The notes under the pieces: generated by a model
Told to the model about the DNA's origin: nothing
The model's input: the letters and a program-made list of their open reading frames with translations, nothing else
Database searches by the model: none
Translations under genes and position numbers: made by a program
In this document: positions 52,603 to 63,258 of the stretch, one piece after another
Layout of the letters: every line of letters starts with the position of its first letter
Position numbering within the stretch: position 1 is the stretch's first letter
Assembly: GCA_964541945.1 (NCBI GenBank)
Contig: CAZISE010000016.1
Span: 20,484 to 84,483, forward strand
Length of the DNA stretch: 64,000 bases
Direction of reading: 5' to 3'
From: an uncultured Verrucomicrobiota bacterium
Lineage (GTDB): Bacteria > Verrucomicrobiota > Verrucomicrobiia > Palsa-1439

Positions 52603-54630
52603 TTACATGATATTGGCCGCCCGTGCCGAGCGCTGAAGTCGGACCGGCAAAATCACCACCGGCACCCCGGCGAAACGGAGCCGACGTTGAATGGCGTAAG
52701 CGGTGTCGTTGTGTAGAAGACGATCAAACCAGCGCGGCTCGTCAAACACCACCTCGCCGGCGAAAAAGACGCCTCGCGCGTATTGCTGGTGAAGTTCAAG
52801 GCACAATTTGGAAACCTCCTCGACCACATCGGTTCCGATGCGATACGCGGAACGGGCCGGGATGCCCAGCTTGCCGGCGTGTTCGACGTACCGCGCCAGA
52901 TTGTCCTTCGTGTGTTGCTCCAACGCCGCCATTTGCTCTTCGCCCTTGAACAGTTCAGAGTCAATGACGCCCACCGAGACGAAGACAACATTGCGGAACG
53001 TCTCCGGGAACAGGCGAAAGATCGTCAGCAAACAATGGATGCCCAACCGCGCGTAGCCGCCGACGAGAATCAAGGCCGTCGGTTTCCGGGGATCGAAATC
53101 GCGGATCGGTTTGGATGATTCCGCTGGGATGTCTTCGAGCGTCTGTTCGACGGCGCGGACCCGCTGCCCAACGTTGTGGTAGTGCCGGCGGATCAGCAGG
53201 CAGATGCCGATGCACAGACAGGTGATCGTCAGCGTGATCCAGCCGCCTTCCTTGAATTTCATCGTCAACATCACACACAGGATCAAAAAACACAGCAGCA
53301 GCCCGGTGGCGTGGATCGGCAGATGTCGTTTCCAGTCCGATTTTGTTTTGCGGTGACGAATCCAGAACCGCACCATGCCGGTTTCCGACAACGAGAACGT
53401 TGCGAACACGTTGATGCTATACATGACGACCAGGATGCCGATGTTGCCCCGCGTGTATGCCAGTGCCGCCGCCGCCGCCAAGCTGATGAGCAGGACGCCG
53501 TTTTGCACCGTCAGGCGGTCGGACAACGACGCGAACCGACGGGGCAGCCAGTTGTCAATCGCCATGTTCGCCATCACCCGCGGGCCGTCAATGAAACCCG
53601 TTTGCGCCGCTACCAGCAACAGCACCGCCTCTGAGAACATCGTCACTGCCGCAAACCACCGGCCCACCGGCCACGACCCGATATGAAACCCGCCGGCGAA
53701 CTGATCCACAAGCACTGCATTCAATGTCCGCCCCTCAATCGGCTGCACGCGAAACAGCAGATAACAGAGGATCAACCCACACGCTGTCAACGCGAGCGAG
53801 AGAGCCATGTAGGTCATTGTGCGTTTGCCGGTCTCGACTTTCGGGTCGCGCATGATGGCAACGCCGTTGGACACCGCCTCGATGCCCGTGTACGTGCCGC
53901 CGCCGAGCGAATAGGCGCGCAGAAACAACAGGAACATTCCCCACCCGCCGAGTTGCGCGAGGCCGCTGCGAAAACCACCGGCCACGTTGCCCGCCACCGC
54001 TGGCACCTCGCCCAAATGCCGGATGATTCCGCCCACGATCAGGATGGCGTGCGTCACCATGAACGCCAGGAAAATCGGCACCAGTGGCGCGACCGATTCT
54101 TTCACACCGCGCAGATTCATGATCATGAGAAACAGAATCGCGCCAAACTCCACCGGCAACTTATACGGCTGCCATGCCAACGGCAACACGCTGAAGATGG
54201 CGTCGCCCCCGCCGGCGATGGAAACGGTAATTGTCAGCACGTAATCCACCAGCAACGCGCAACCCGACACGACGCCGGCGGGTTTGCCCAACAGTTCCGT
54301 GGACACAACGTAGCCGCCGCCGCCGTGCGGGAAATGCTCGATGATCCGACTGTAGGCGTAGGAAATGATGAACACTGTCGCTGCCGATGCCACCGCCAAC
54401 AACACGGCAAGATACGTGTGCGTGCCCAGTTGCCGGTAAGCTTCCTCCGGGCCGTAGGCCGACGATGACAAGCCGTCCGCGCCCAACCCAACCCACGCTA
54501 GGAAAGCAATCAACGAAATCTTGTGTAGGATCGCTGCGTCTTTCAGGTCGCGTGGCCGCCCTAACAAGAGTTGCCGCACGTGCGCCCATGTTCCCTGCGG
54601 CAGATGAAATTGTGTATGCGTTGTACTCAT
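52603..54630 (-). CDS. APC-superfamily transporter closely resembling the KimA (YdaO) K+/H+ symporter family, with a C-terminal cytoplasmic domain
   Basis: Block-by-block resemblance to my memory of B. subtilis KimA: LLLGRP, SSSAYGPEE, FPHGGGGYVVS, LLVDYVLTITVSIAGG.DAI, MNLRGVKES, TGIEAVSNG, and a ~190-aa soluble tail. ATG 54630 overlaps the Usp stop (ATGA). Confidence 0.7.
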   Translation of the reverse strand: MSTTHTQFHLPQGTWAHVRQLLLGRPRDLKDAAILHKISLIAFLAWVGLGADGLSSSAYGPEEAYRQLGTHTYLAVLLAVASAATVFIISYAYSRIIEHFPHGGGGYVVSTELLGKPAGVVSGCALLVDYVLTITVSIAGGGDAIFSVLPLAWQPYKLPVEFGAILFLMIMNLRGVKESVAPLVPIFLAFMVTHAILIVGGIIRHLGEVPAVAGNVAGGFRSGLAQLGGWGMFLLFLRAYSLGGGTYTGIEAVSNGVAIMRDPKVETGKRTMTYMALSLALTACGLILCYLLFRVQPIEGRTLNAVLVDQFAGGFHIGSWPVGRWFAAVTMFSEAVLLLVAAQTGFIDGPRVMANMAIDNWLPRRFASLSDRLTVQNGVLLISLAAAAALAYTRGNIGILVVMYSINVFATFSLSETGMVRFWIRHRKTKSDWKRHLPIHATGLLLCFLILCVMLTMKFKEGGWITLTITCLCIGICLLIRRHYHNVGQRVRAVEQTLEDIPAESSKPIRDFDPRKPTALILVGGYARLGIHCLLTIFRLFPETFRNVVFVSVGVIDSELFKGEEQMAALEQHTKDNLARYVEHAGKLGIPARSAYRIGTDVVEEVSKLCLELHQQYARGVFFAGEVVFDEPRWFDRLLHNDTAYAIQRRLRFAGVPVVILPVRLQRSARAANIM

Positions 54631-55121
54631 GCATTTGGGAATCTGCGCCGACTGGACCCGACCACCAACACCGGACAAGGCGCCTCACGCAACACGTGTG
54701 CCACCGTCCGTGGGTGTAGAAAACACAGCCATTCTGTGTGACGATGGCTGGCCATGACGATGAGATCGGCGCCGAGCTTTCGGGCTTGATCAAGAATTTC
54801 CTCATGGGGATGTCCTTCGACAATTACCAAGCGGACAGGACGGTCGCTTTTGCACAGCGTCGCCAGCGAACGCTGAAGTTGGATGCGCGCCTCCTCTCCC
54901 AATTGATGGAGCAGACGAGTACGGGGAATGCCGAGTTCCTCACCGCCGATATTAAGCTGTACCACGTGCAACACCGTGATCGAAGCGTTCAGCGTCTGTG
55001 CCAATTCCACTGTGTACTGCAACGCTCCGATGGACTCGAACGACAAATCCACCGGCGCGAGAATCCGCTGCAAATGAAACTGCGCCGGTTTGGAGTTCTG
55101 CATGGTGGTGTCGTTGCTCAT
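54627..55121 (-). CDS. universal stress protein (UspA family)
   Basis: ILAPVD.S, ..VLHVV, GADLIVM.SH, VAHVLREAPCPVLVV. Start uncertain (ATG 55121 or GTG 55136). Confidence 0.8.
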   Translation of the reverse strand: MSNDTTMQNSKPAQFHLQRILAPVDLSFESIGALQYTVELAQTLNASITVLHVVQLNIGGEELGIPRTRLLHQLGEEARIQLQRSLATLCKSDRPVRLVIVEGHPHEEILDQARKLGADLIVMASHRHTEWLCFLHPRTVAHVLREAPCPVLVVGSSRRRFPNA

Positions 55122-55245
55122 AATCTCTGCCAACACATCATCCGTCTATTTGCACGCCACAGGTAATTAAAAGCCACCTCGCTCCCGTTAAAAATCCGTT
55201 AACGACGGATTGACATGTAGCGCCATTTTCCCACAGAGTGGTTTT

Positions 55246-57489
55246 ATGAACCCCCTCCTCCTCGCCTGTCTTGCGGCCATCGCGTGGCTCACGGAACCGA
55301 AAACCGTTGAGATGGACCGCGGCACCAACGCCGCCATCCGCCTGCCCGATGTGACGGCTGCCGGTGGCGGCTACGTTGTCGTGCCCGTGCGCGAAGGATT
55401 GTTGGTGCCGGCCAACCCGAAACGAACATTCACACACCGTTTCGGCACCTATGAGTACGAAGGTTGCCATATGCGCATGATCGGGTTGGTCGAGAACGGC
55501 TGCGCGGCGTTGGTCACGTGGGATGATCTCTACGCAAACGCTGAGCTTCGCAATGGCCCGGCGGCGCTCGCTACGTCGTTATCGGCAAAATCGTGTCGCA
55601 TCCACTTCCTCGGCAAGGGTGATTACCTGACCATTGGCCGGGCCTACCGGAAACTGGCTCCCCAAGCCCATGCCAATCCCAAACTTTTTGGCGCTTCCAA
55701 CGTGAAACTTTGGAGCACGCTCTCCCGCCGCATGAACGACGATAGCACCAAAGAGGAATCGGTGACGGTCAACTGGACATTTGACGAAGCGGCGCAAATT
55801 GCCGAACACCTGAAGAACGACCTGAAGATTGACAAGGTGCTCTTCACCCTTGGCGGCTGGATCCATCGCGGCTACGACAACCAGCATCCCGACATCCTGC
55901 CGGCTGCGCCCGAATGCGGCGGCAACGACGGCCTGGCCGATTGTGCGCGCCGTGTCCGCAACCTCGGTTACACGTTTTGTCTGCATGACAATTATCAGGA
56001 CATGTACCGCGATGCGCCGTCTTGGAATGAAGATTTCCTTCAGAAACGACGCGACGGCAGCCTCGCCAAAGGCGGCAAATGGGCTGGCGGACGCGCCTAT
56101 CTGACGTGCGCGCAAAAAGCGTTTGAGTTGGCCCAGCGCCCGCAAAATCTTCCTGCCGTCCGAAAACTCACCCGCGCCGACGCCTACTTCATTGACACCA
56201 CCTATGCCGTCGGGTTGCAGGAGTGTTTCGACCCGAAACATCCGCTTGACCGCGCCGGCGACATGAAATGGAAGCTGGCGCTATCCGATTACGCGCGTCG
56301 GGTATTCGGGATTTTCGGCAGCGAGTGCGGCCGCGAATGGGCGATTGGCCATGCCGACTTCTTCGAGGGGCTGACCGGTGTCGGTGGAACCTATTATCAT
56401 GACAAAGGGTTACCGGCCAAACTCGGCGGGGTCGTCATTCCGTTGTTTGAGATTGTCTATCGCGACAGCGTCGCGCTGTTCGGCAAATACGGTTACAGTC
56501 CGGAAAAAGCCGCCGAATACGTTCTTCACCACATCGTCATGGGGCGCCCGCTTCACTACCACAACATCCCGCCGCATCTTTACTGGAAAGATTCGTCTGG
56601 CCGACAAAAACCATTCGATATTACGCCGTCGGTGTCCGAAGTGACGCCCCTTGAGCCGCGCAAGTTCCGCATCGCCTACCAGTGGACCGTCAACGATCTG
56701 CCGCCCGCCGACGACTGGCGTGTCTTCGTTCACTTCACAACGGCGAGCGGTGAAATTGAATTCCAGGGCGACTATGCGCCGCCGTTGCCGTGGACAAAAG
56801 GGACCGTGCAACACGGCCCGTTCACCATCATGGTTCCGGTCCATCGTGTCGGCACGTTTGATGTCCGCATCGGTTTCTTTCACCGGCAACATCACGGGCG
56901 GCTCTGGATTCGCGGTCCGCAGGACGAGGAACGTCGTTGTCTGCTCGGCAAATTGCACGTCGCCGCCAACGGCAATGTCCGGTTTGAACCGTGGCCGTCT
57001 TCCGCCGACAAACCGCTGGCGATGAGTGTGTTTGTGCGCTCGGACAACGGCTGGGCGAACGGAATGCATCCGATGGATGTGTTCATCAAAAACACGCACG
57101 AGATTCTCTCGCCGCTGCACGAGTTGACCGCGACAACGCCGCCGACGCGCCACGAGTTTCTGACGTCCGATCGCAAAGTGCAGCGTACCGTGTGGGAGGA
57201 TGTCGAGGCGGTGGTCAACATGAGCGCCACGCCCTACCAACATGGCGAGGTGTTGCTGCCGCCGTTTGGATTTGTCATTCAATCGCCAACATTTGTGGCG
57301 TTCCATGCCGCCAGCTTCAACGGCCTGCGTTACGATGATCCGCCACTGTTCACATTGCGAAGCCTCGACAACCGCCCATTGAGCCGTTCCCGTCGCATCC
57401 GTGTGTTCCACGGGTTCGGCGACCCGCGCCTCCAACTCGGCGAGAAGTTGGAAACCGTCGCCAAAGAAGCGGTGCTGTCGGCGCGTTGA
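55246..57489 (+). CDS. large secreted hypothetical protein (possible TIM-barrel glycoside hydrolase; family not recognised)
   Basis: Signal peptide MNPLLLACLAAIAWL (ATG 55246). 747 aa. The central region (GGWIHRGYDNQHPD, CLHDNYQDMY, YFIDTTYA, GSECGREWAIGHADFFEG) suggests a catalytic barrel, but this is only an impression. Confidence 0.45.
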   Translation: MNPLLLACLAAIAWLTEPKTVEMDRGTNAAIRLPDVTAAGGGYVVVPVREGLLVPANPKRTFTHRFGTYEYEGCHMRMIGLVENGCAALVTWDDLYANAELRNGPAALATSLSAKSCRIHFLGKGDYLTIGRAYRKLAPQAHANPKLFGASNVKLWSTLSRRMNDDSTKEESVTVNWTFDEAAQIAEHLKNDLKIDKVLFTLGGWIHRGYDNQHPDILPAAPECGGNDGLADCARRVRNLGYTFCLHDNYQDMYRDAPSWNEDFLQKRRDGSLAKGGKWAGGRAYLTCAQKAFELAQRPQNLPAVRKLTRADAYFIDTTYAVGLQECFDPKHPLDRAGDMKWKLALSDYARRVFGIFGSECGREWAIGHADFFEGLTGVGGTYYHDKGLPAKLGGVVIPLFEIVYRDSVALFGKYGYSPEKAAEYVLHHIVMGRPLHYHNIPPHLYWKDSSGRQKPFDITPSVSEVTPLEPRKFRIAYQWTVNDLPPADDWRVFVHFTTASGEIEFQGDYAPPLPWTKGTVQHGPFTIMVPVHRVGTFDVRIGFFHRQHHGRLWIRGPQDEERRCLLGKLHVAANGNVRFEPWPSSADKPLAMSVFVRSDNGWANGMHPMDVFIKNTHEILSPLHELTATTPPTRHEFLTSDRKVQRTVWEDVEAVVNMSATPYQHGEVLLPPFGFVIQSPTFVAFHAASFNGLRYDDPPLFTLRSLDNRPLSRSRRIRVFHGFGDPRLQLGEKLETVAKEAVLSAR

Positions 57490-57532
57490 TACGGCTGGAA
57501 TTTGGTTGCGCGGCTGTGGTATCAGTGACGCC

Positions 57533-58060
57533 ATGCAGGAGACGTGTTGGCTATGTCATGCGCCGCTGGAATCGGAGACGGAAACTGTGAGCCGTCCCGT
57601 CTTGAGAGGGGTTTGCCCGCAGTGCAGCCGGTTGCTGTCGGTTGATGCTGCCCCCATGTCCTTGAGTGACTATCTCGACCAGCTCGATGTGCCGGTGTTG
57701 GTAATGAAAGACGATGTTCGCGTGGCCGGTTACAATGAAGCCGCGCGCGCCCTTCTGGGCGGTCAGCGGGGCGATCTTGTCGGGCTGCTGGGTGGCGACG
57801 CGCTGTCGTGCGAGTTTGCCCGGTTGCCGGGCGGTTGCGGCAAGACGGAGCACTGCAAGGGGTGCGCGGTTCGTCATGCGGTGACCGCCACGCAGGAAAC
57901 GGGCGCCAGCATGGTGAAAATTCCCGCCTATCATCGCCGGAGGACTCCAAACGGGACGGAAGAGGTCCGGCTCCTCGTATCCACGGAGCGGATGGGCCGG
58001 TTTGTGTTGTTGCGCATTGACGAGGTCACACCTGCACACCAACGAAAGGAGACGACATGA
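57533..58060 (+). CDS. Cys-rich hypothetical protein (N-terminal CxxC...CxxC ribbon plus a PAS-like region carrying a C-x8-C-x5-C-x2-C cluster)
   Basis: CWLCHAP...CPQCSRL, then ...LSCEFARLPGGCGKTEHCKGCAVRH. Start reset to ATG 57533. Confidence 0.45.
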   Translation: MQETCWLCHAPLESETETVSRPVLRGVCPQCSRLLSVDAAPMSLSDYLDQLDVPVLVMKDDVRVAGYNEAARALLGGQRGDLVGLLGGDALSCEFARLPGGCGKTEHCKGCAVRHAVTATQETGASMVKIPAYHRRRTPNGTEEVRLLVSTERMGRFVLLRIDEVTPAHQRKETT

Positions 58061-58716
58061 AATCGTGGATCGCGGTCTTGACGATGACCTGGGGGGCGCT
58101 GACAGCGATGGCCCAGAAACCGGCCGAGGTGGAACTGCGGTCGCAGCCGATGGCGAAGGATGAAACGGAGAAAAAGATTCTTGCCGTGCTGGAAGAGATG
58201 CGGGGGCGATCGCGCGGAATGATGAGCGTGCCGCGCGATGACGGGCGGTATCTGCGGCTGCTGGTTGAGAGCACGGGTGCGACCAACGTCGTGGAAATCG
58301 GCACCTCGCATGGTTACTCCGCCGTCTGGCTTTGCCTCGGCCTGTTGCGAACAGGCGGACGGCTGACGACGTTTGAGATTGACGCCGGGCGGGCCGCGCT
58401 GGCTCGTGACAATTTCAAGCAGGCCGGCGTGGAAAAAATCGTCACGTTGGTGGAGGGCGACGCGCACGTGGAGGTGGCACGGTTGAAGGAACCCATTGAT
58501 TTGCTGTTTCTGGACGCGGACAAGCAGGGCTACATTGACTACCTCAACAAACTGCTACCGCTGGTTCGTCCCGGCGGGTTGATCGTGGCCCACAACATGG
58601 ATTCGCGCATGGCCGATCCGCGTTACGTGAAGGCCGTCACCACCCATCCCGAATTGGAAACTCTCTTCGTGAATCTTGGCGCCTCCGGCATTGGGGTCAC
58701 GCTGAAGAAACGGTGA
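58057..58716 (+). CDS. class I SAM-dependent O-methyltransferase (caffeoyl-CoA OMT-like), with signal peptide
   Basis: VVEIGTSHGYSAVWL, FEID, FLDADK..Y, LL.PGGLIVAHN. Confidence 0.8.
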   Translation: MKSWIAVLTMTWGALTAMAQKPAEVELRSQPMAKDETEKKILAVLEEMRGRSRGMMSVPRDDGRYLRLLVESTGATNVVEIGTSHGYSAVWLCLGLLRTGGRLTTFEIDAGRAALARDNFKQAGVEKIVTLVEGDAHVEVARLKEPIDLLFLDADKQGYIDYLNKLLPLVRPGGLIVAHNMDSRMADPRYVKAVTTHPELETLFVNLGASGIGVTLKKR

Positions 58717-58717
58717 C

Positions 58718-60016
58718 GTGGCGGGAAAACCGCGACAGGAACTTGGCCTGTTCGACAGCACCTGCCTGGTGGTCGGCATCATTATTGGCGTCGGCATCTA
58801 CCAGATGGCGCCGGACATCGCCCGGGGAGCGGGCAGCGCGTGGGGGGTGCTGGGCATCTGGCTGTTGGGCGGTCTGCTCTCGTTGTGCGGGGCGTTGAGC
58901 TACGCGGAACTGGCAGCCGCCTACCCGCAGGAGGGTGGCGATTACGTCTATCTGAGCCGGGCTTACGGTCCATGGGCGGGATTCCTGTTTGGCTGGCTTC
59001 AGTTGGCGGTTGTCCGTCCCGGCGACATCGCGGTCATGGCCTTCGCGTTTGCAACGTATGCGCGAACATTGTGGGATCCGTTTCCGGGCGCGCAACGTTT
59101 TTACGCTGTCGCCGCCGTCGCGGTTCTTACGCTGATCAACACGCTCGGTGTCCGCGAGGGTAAATGGACGCAAAATCTGTTGACGGTGGCAAAAGCGCTC
59201 GGATTGTTGCTGGTGGTCGTGGCGGCATTGTTGGCCCGGCCCGCGCAGTCCGTTGCCGAGACGAGTGAGAAATCGCCATTGCCGTTCACCCTCGCGTTGA
59301 TCTTCGTCCTGTTCACCTACGGTGGCTGGAACGAAATGGCCTACGTCGCCGCAGAAGTGAGAGATCCGCGCCGCAACATCGTTCGCGCCCTGTTTCTCGG
59401 TACCGGCACGGTCACGGTCCTGTACCTGATGGTCAATGGCGCTTTCCTCTGGGCGCTTGGCTACGACGGGTTGAGCGCGTCCAAGGCCGTGGCCACCGAC
59501 ACCGTGGCGGCGGCGTTCCCGTGCGTCGGCGGCGTCCTGATCGGCATTCTCATTTGTGTTTCCGCTCTGGGCGCCGTAAACGGGTTGATCTTGACGGGAG
59601 CGCGCATTTCATACGCGATGGGCGCGGATCATCGTCTGTTTCGTCTCCTCGGCCAATGGCACCCGCGCTACGGAACGCCCGCGGTGGCGCTTTTGGCGCA
59701 GGGGAGCATCGCGGCCTTGCTCGTCATGATTTTGGGATCGTTTGTAAACGCCGTCCTGTACACGGCGGCAGCGGTGTATTTGTTCTACCTTGCGTCCACG
59801 CTGGCCGTCGTGGTGCTCCGCCACAAGGAACCTCACAGGGATCGCCCTTATCGCGTCATTGGCTATCCGTTGCCCCCGTTGGTGTTTGCCGTCGTTTGCC
59901 TTTTCCTGATCCACAGCGCTGTCACCTACAAACCGTGGATCAGCGCCAGTTCGCTCGCGTTATTACTGCTCGGCCTGCCGCTTTACCACTTCAGCAACCG
60001 TCTTGGGCGTTCGTGA
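58718..60016 (+). CDS. APC-family amino acid permease
   Basis: 12-TM pattern with G.IIG.GI, YAELA.A.P..GG.Y.Y. GTG start at 58718. Confidence 0.8.
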   Translation: MAGKPRQELGLFDSTCLVVGIIIGVGIYQMAPDIARGAGSAWGVLGIWLLGGLLSLCGALSYAELAAAYPQEGGDYVYLSRAYGPWAGFLFGWLQLAVVRPGDIAVMAFAFATYARTLWDPFPGAQRFYAVAAVAVLTLINTLGVREGKWTQNLLTVAKALGLLLVVVAALLARPAQSVAETSEKSPLPFTLALIFVLFTYGGWNEMAYVAAEVRDPRRNIVRALFLGTGTVTVLYLMVNGAFLWALGYDGLSASKAVATDTVAAAFPCVGGVLIGILICVSALGAVNGLILTGARISYAMGADHRLFRLLGQWHPRYGTPAVALLAQGSIAALLVMILGSFVNAVLYTAAAVYLFYLASTLAVVVLRHKEPHRDRPYRVIGYPLPPLVFAVVCLFLIHSAVTYKPWISASSLALLLLGLPLYHFSNRLGRS

Positions 60017-60069
60017 CGGTTCCGGTTCGGCACTTGCGAAACCGCCACCGACAGCGGTATCCTCTGCTC

Positions 60070-61296
60070 ATGCCATTCAAATCGCTCGGCTTATCCCCTG
60101 ATGTGCTCCGCGGCGTCGAAGCCGCGGGATACTCACAACCCACCGCCATCCAGGCGCGCGCCATTCCGCTCATTCTCGCCGGGAAAGACATCATCGGCGG
60201 CGCACAGACCGGCACCGGTAAAACCGCCGCTTTTGCCCTTCCGATCCTCACCAAACTGCAACGCCACGGCACCTGCCGTTGCCTTGTGTTGGAACCGACA
60301 CGCGAACTCGCCGCGCAAGTCGAGACGGCGTTTCGCGATTACGGGCGATTCACCGACCTGCGCACCGCCGTCATCTTCGGCGGCGTCGGCTACGGCAAAC
60401 AACGCGAAGCCATCCAACGCGGCGCCGATATTCTCGTCGCCACTCCGGGACGCCTGTTGGATTTCCTGCGCCAGGATGAAATCCGGTTGCATGAGATTCA
60501 ATTCCTCGTCCTCGACGAGGCCGACCGGATGCTCGACATGGGATTTCTGCCCGACGTGCGCCGCATCATCGAAAAATGTCCGCGCCATCGCCAAACCTTG
60601 TTGTTCTCCGCCACAATCCCGCCCGAGATTGAGCGGCTCGCCGCCTGGGCATTACGCCAACCCGAACAGATTGTCATTGGCGAACGCCGTTCCCCCGCCG
60701 AGACCGTCAACCACGCTTTTTACCCGGTCAGCAGCACCCAGAAATTTCAACTCCTCCTCGTCCTCCTCGAACGCACCAACTACAACAGCGTCCTCATTTT
60801 CTGCCGCACCAAACACGGCGCCGACAAAATCGCTCGTCGCCTCCAACGCGCCAACCACGCCGTCGCCGTCCTCCACTCCAATCGTACCCAAAACGAACGC
60901 ATCGAGGCCCTCAACGGCTTCAAATCCGGCAAATACGAAGTCATGGTCGCCACCGACATTGCCGCTCGCGGCCTCGACATCGAGGATGTCAGCCACGTCA
61001 TCAACTACGATGTCCCGCAACATCCCGAAGACTACGTCCACCGCATCGGACGCACCGGCCGCGCATTAAAAGTGGGCGACGCCTTTACGCTCATCACCAC
61101 CGAGGAAATGGACCACGTCCGCGCCATCGAGCGATTCATCGGCCAGAGCGTTCCCCGCGTGAAACTGGAAAACTTTCGCTACGATGAGACCGCCGCGTTC
61201 CGCACCGAGGCCGACGTCGGCAGCCGCCGCGCTGTCAGCGTCGCCCGCACTGCTCGTGGCGGCTGGTCTTTTGCTCCCGCCCGACGCCGACACTAA
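60070..61296 (+). CDS. DEAD-box ATP-dependent RNA helicase
   Basis: Q motif (GYSQPTAIQ), [39 protein letters not shown]. Start reset to ATG 60070; the track ORF over-extends across the permease gene. Confidence 0.9.
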   Translation: MPFKSLGLSPDVLRGVEAAGYSQPTAIQARAIPLILAGKDIIGGAQTGTGKTAAFALPILTKLQRHGTCRCLVLEPTRELAAQVETAFRDYGRFTDLRTAVIFGGVGYGKQREAIQRGADILVATPGRLLDFLRQDEIRLHEIQFLVLDEADRMLDMGFLPDVRRIIEKCPRHRQTLLFSATIPPEIERLAAWALRQPEQIVIGERRSPAETVNHAFYPVSSTQKFQLLLVLLERTNYNSVLIFCRTKHGADKIARRLQRANHAVAVLHSNRTQNERIEALNGFKSGKYEVMVATDIAARGLDIEDVSHVINYDVPQHPEDYVHRIGRTGRALKVGDAFTLITTEEMDHVRAIERFIGQSVPRVKLENFRYDETAAFRTEADVGSRRAVSVARTARGGWSFAPARRRH

Positions 61297-62525
61297 CCCA
61301 GCGCCAACACCAACGCCACCCCCACCACCGTCGTCAACACCGTAATCGGAATACCGAGCTTCGCGTAGTCCCAAAAACCAACCTCGCAATGGCCACGCGC
61401 CGACTCAACAACAATGATGTTGGCCACCGAACCAAGAATTGTCAGATTACCCGCAAACGTCGTCGTCAACGCCAGCACCTTCCACATCAATTCGGGCCGG
61501 CAAAAGCCACCCATCCACTTCCCCACCACCAATACAAACGGCACATTCGAGAAAATGTTCGACCCCACAACCGAAAACCATGTCAGATTCCACGCCTGCG
61601 CCGTTGCGCTCGCGCCAAACGACGGTCGAACCTGTTCCGGCAACCCCGTGCTGTTCAACCCCTCCACTACCACAAACAACGCCGCAAAAAACACCAACAA
61701 ATGCCAATCCACATGCTTGAGCACCACATGCGTGTCCCGACGCGCCACCACCATAATCAACGCCGCGCCCGACAATGCCGTCCACGGCAGATTGAACCCG
61801 GCAAGAAATCCCGCAAACACCAGCACAAACACTCCGCCCACAATAACACACAACTTCACATCTAACGGCGGCGCCACTTCACTCGTCGAATCGGGATTGA
61901 TCCCTGCCGCTCTCAGCGTCTTCCGAAAACCCCATGCCAGCACCGCATAATTGATCGCCAAACATACCACCGCAACCGGCACGAGCGTCAACGCATACCG
62001 TCCAAACGACATCCCCGACATCTGTCCGATGATCATGCATTGCGGATTACCTACCAATGTCGCCACACTCCCCGTGTTGGCGCTCGTCGCCAACGCCATC
62101 AGGTATGGCAACAACGGTAACCGCCCCCGAACAATGACCGCCACCACCAACGGCGTCAGCAACAGACACACTGTGTCGTTGACCAGCAACGCCGACAACG
62201 TCGCCGAGGTCAACATCACCAATAGCAACAACCGTTGCGGCGTTCGCGCATGACGCAAAATCCAATCCGCCGCCCACCCGAAAAATCCCGCCATGTGCAA
62301 GTACGCGGCGATAAGCATCATCCCCAGCAACAGCACGATTGTGTTGTAATCCACCGCCCGATAGGCCTGCTCCGGTGTCATCACCCCCGTGGCCACCATC
62401 AACACCGCCCCCAGCAACGCCGCCGCCGGCCGATACAACGGCAACACCTTCAAGCGCCGCCCACTGATCAACACATACGTCGCGGCAAAGACACCAACGG
62501 CAATTACCTCTTTGTTCCAACTCAT
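61293..62525 (-). CDS. ArsB/NhaD-superfamily anion/ion permease
   Basis: Multi-pass membrane protein with blocks typical of the family ([26 protein letters not shown]). Start reset to ATG 62525. Convergent 4-nt overlap with the helicase gene. Confidence 0.75.
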   Translation of the reverse strand: MSWNKEVIAVGVFAATYVLISGRRLKVLPLYRPAAALLGAVLMVATGVMTPEQAYRAVDYNTIVLLLGMMLIAAYLHMAGFFGWAADWILRHARTPQRLLLLVMLTSATLSALLVNDTVCLLLTPLVVAVIVRGRLPLLPYLMALATSANTGSVATLVGNPQCMIIGQMSGMSFGRYALTLVPVAVVCLAINYAVLAWGFRKTLRAAGINPDSTSEVAPPLDVKLCVIVGGVFVLVFAGFLAGFNLPWTALSGAALIMVVARRDTHVVLKHVDWHLLVFFAALFVVVEGLNSTGLPEQVRPSFGASATAQAWNLTWFSVVGSNIFSNVPFVLVVGKWMGGFCRPELMWKVLALTTTFAGNLTILGSVANIIVVESARGHCEVGFWDYAKLGIPITVLTTVVGVALVLALG

Positions 62526-62765
62526 GGCTCCGTCAATACCAAACCCCACCTGCAAATCAAGCCCCACCCTCCCCACAACTTCTCCCTCTTGTGGTTTGAG
62601 GCGGGACCGATTCTATTCCTATTCCAGTGGCACCAGCAAAGAACGCTGTTTTTTGGCCACCTCGCACTGACTACACTGCCATTGGACCGGCTGCAGAACC
62701 GCCGTCCAACTTCATTCCCAAACCATCCCGACAAACCCGCACTTCAGCAACCGTCTGCAAATTGG

Positions 62766-63171
62766 TTAAGTGGCAATCATTGTCGTTGAAGATGTCATGA
62801 TAAACACAATCACACACTGATCGCCTTCTTGCGCGGTTTCCTCGTATAGTTTGATGAAGAACCTCTTACCGGTTTCATTCTGCAAATAGTTCTTCTTGAT
62901 GAGATTGTGCTCTGCGCAAAGAGTTTGTTCATTCTTCATTCATGTCATCCGATTCGCCCTTGTCCTTTGGAACCCTGTGGCCGGCACAAATCTCGACACT
63001 ATCTTCACGACCGCGGCCACAAACAACGCACCGATAACCATCACGCCGAAAGATTTCCTCCTTCACTTCCGGCGGAAAATCCTGAAGTTCCATCTGATGC
63101 ACATGGCCAGGATCGTATTTGTAAACTCCTTTATTTTTCAGAACCCCTTCTTGATACCGCTTGCGAATCAC
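62766..63171 (-). pseudogene. HNH endonuclease gene split into two ORFs by a +1 frame break
   Basis: ORF A (63171-62929) ends ...RDGYRCVVCGRG...AGHRVPKDKGESDDMNEE*. ORF B (62939-62766, 57 aa, below the track cut-off) starts MKNEQTLCAEHNLIKKN. Joined, they give a canonical HNH layout (CxxC...H...N...CxxH). The break lies in GACATGAATGAAGAATGAA, where deleting one ATGA restores ...SDDMKNEQTLC... Confidence 0.55.
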
Positions 63172-63258
63172 ACACCACGTATCTTGCGGTTTCCTGCCAT
63201 ACTGGGTTAGATACCGTCCCTCAATTGGTCAACAACAGGTCCAGGCGAAGCATCCTGT

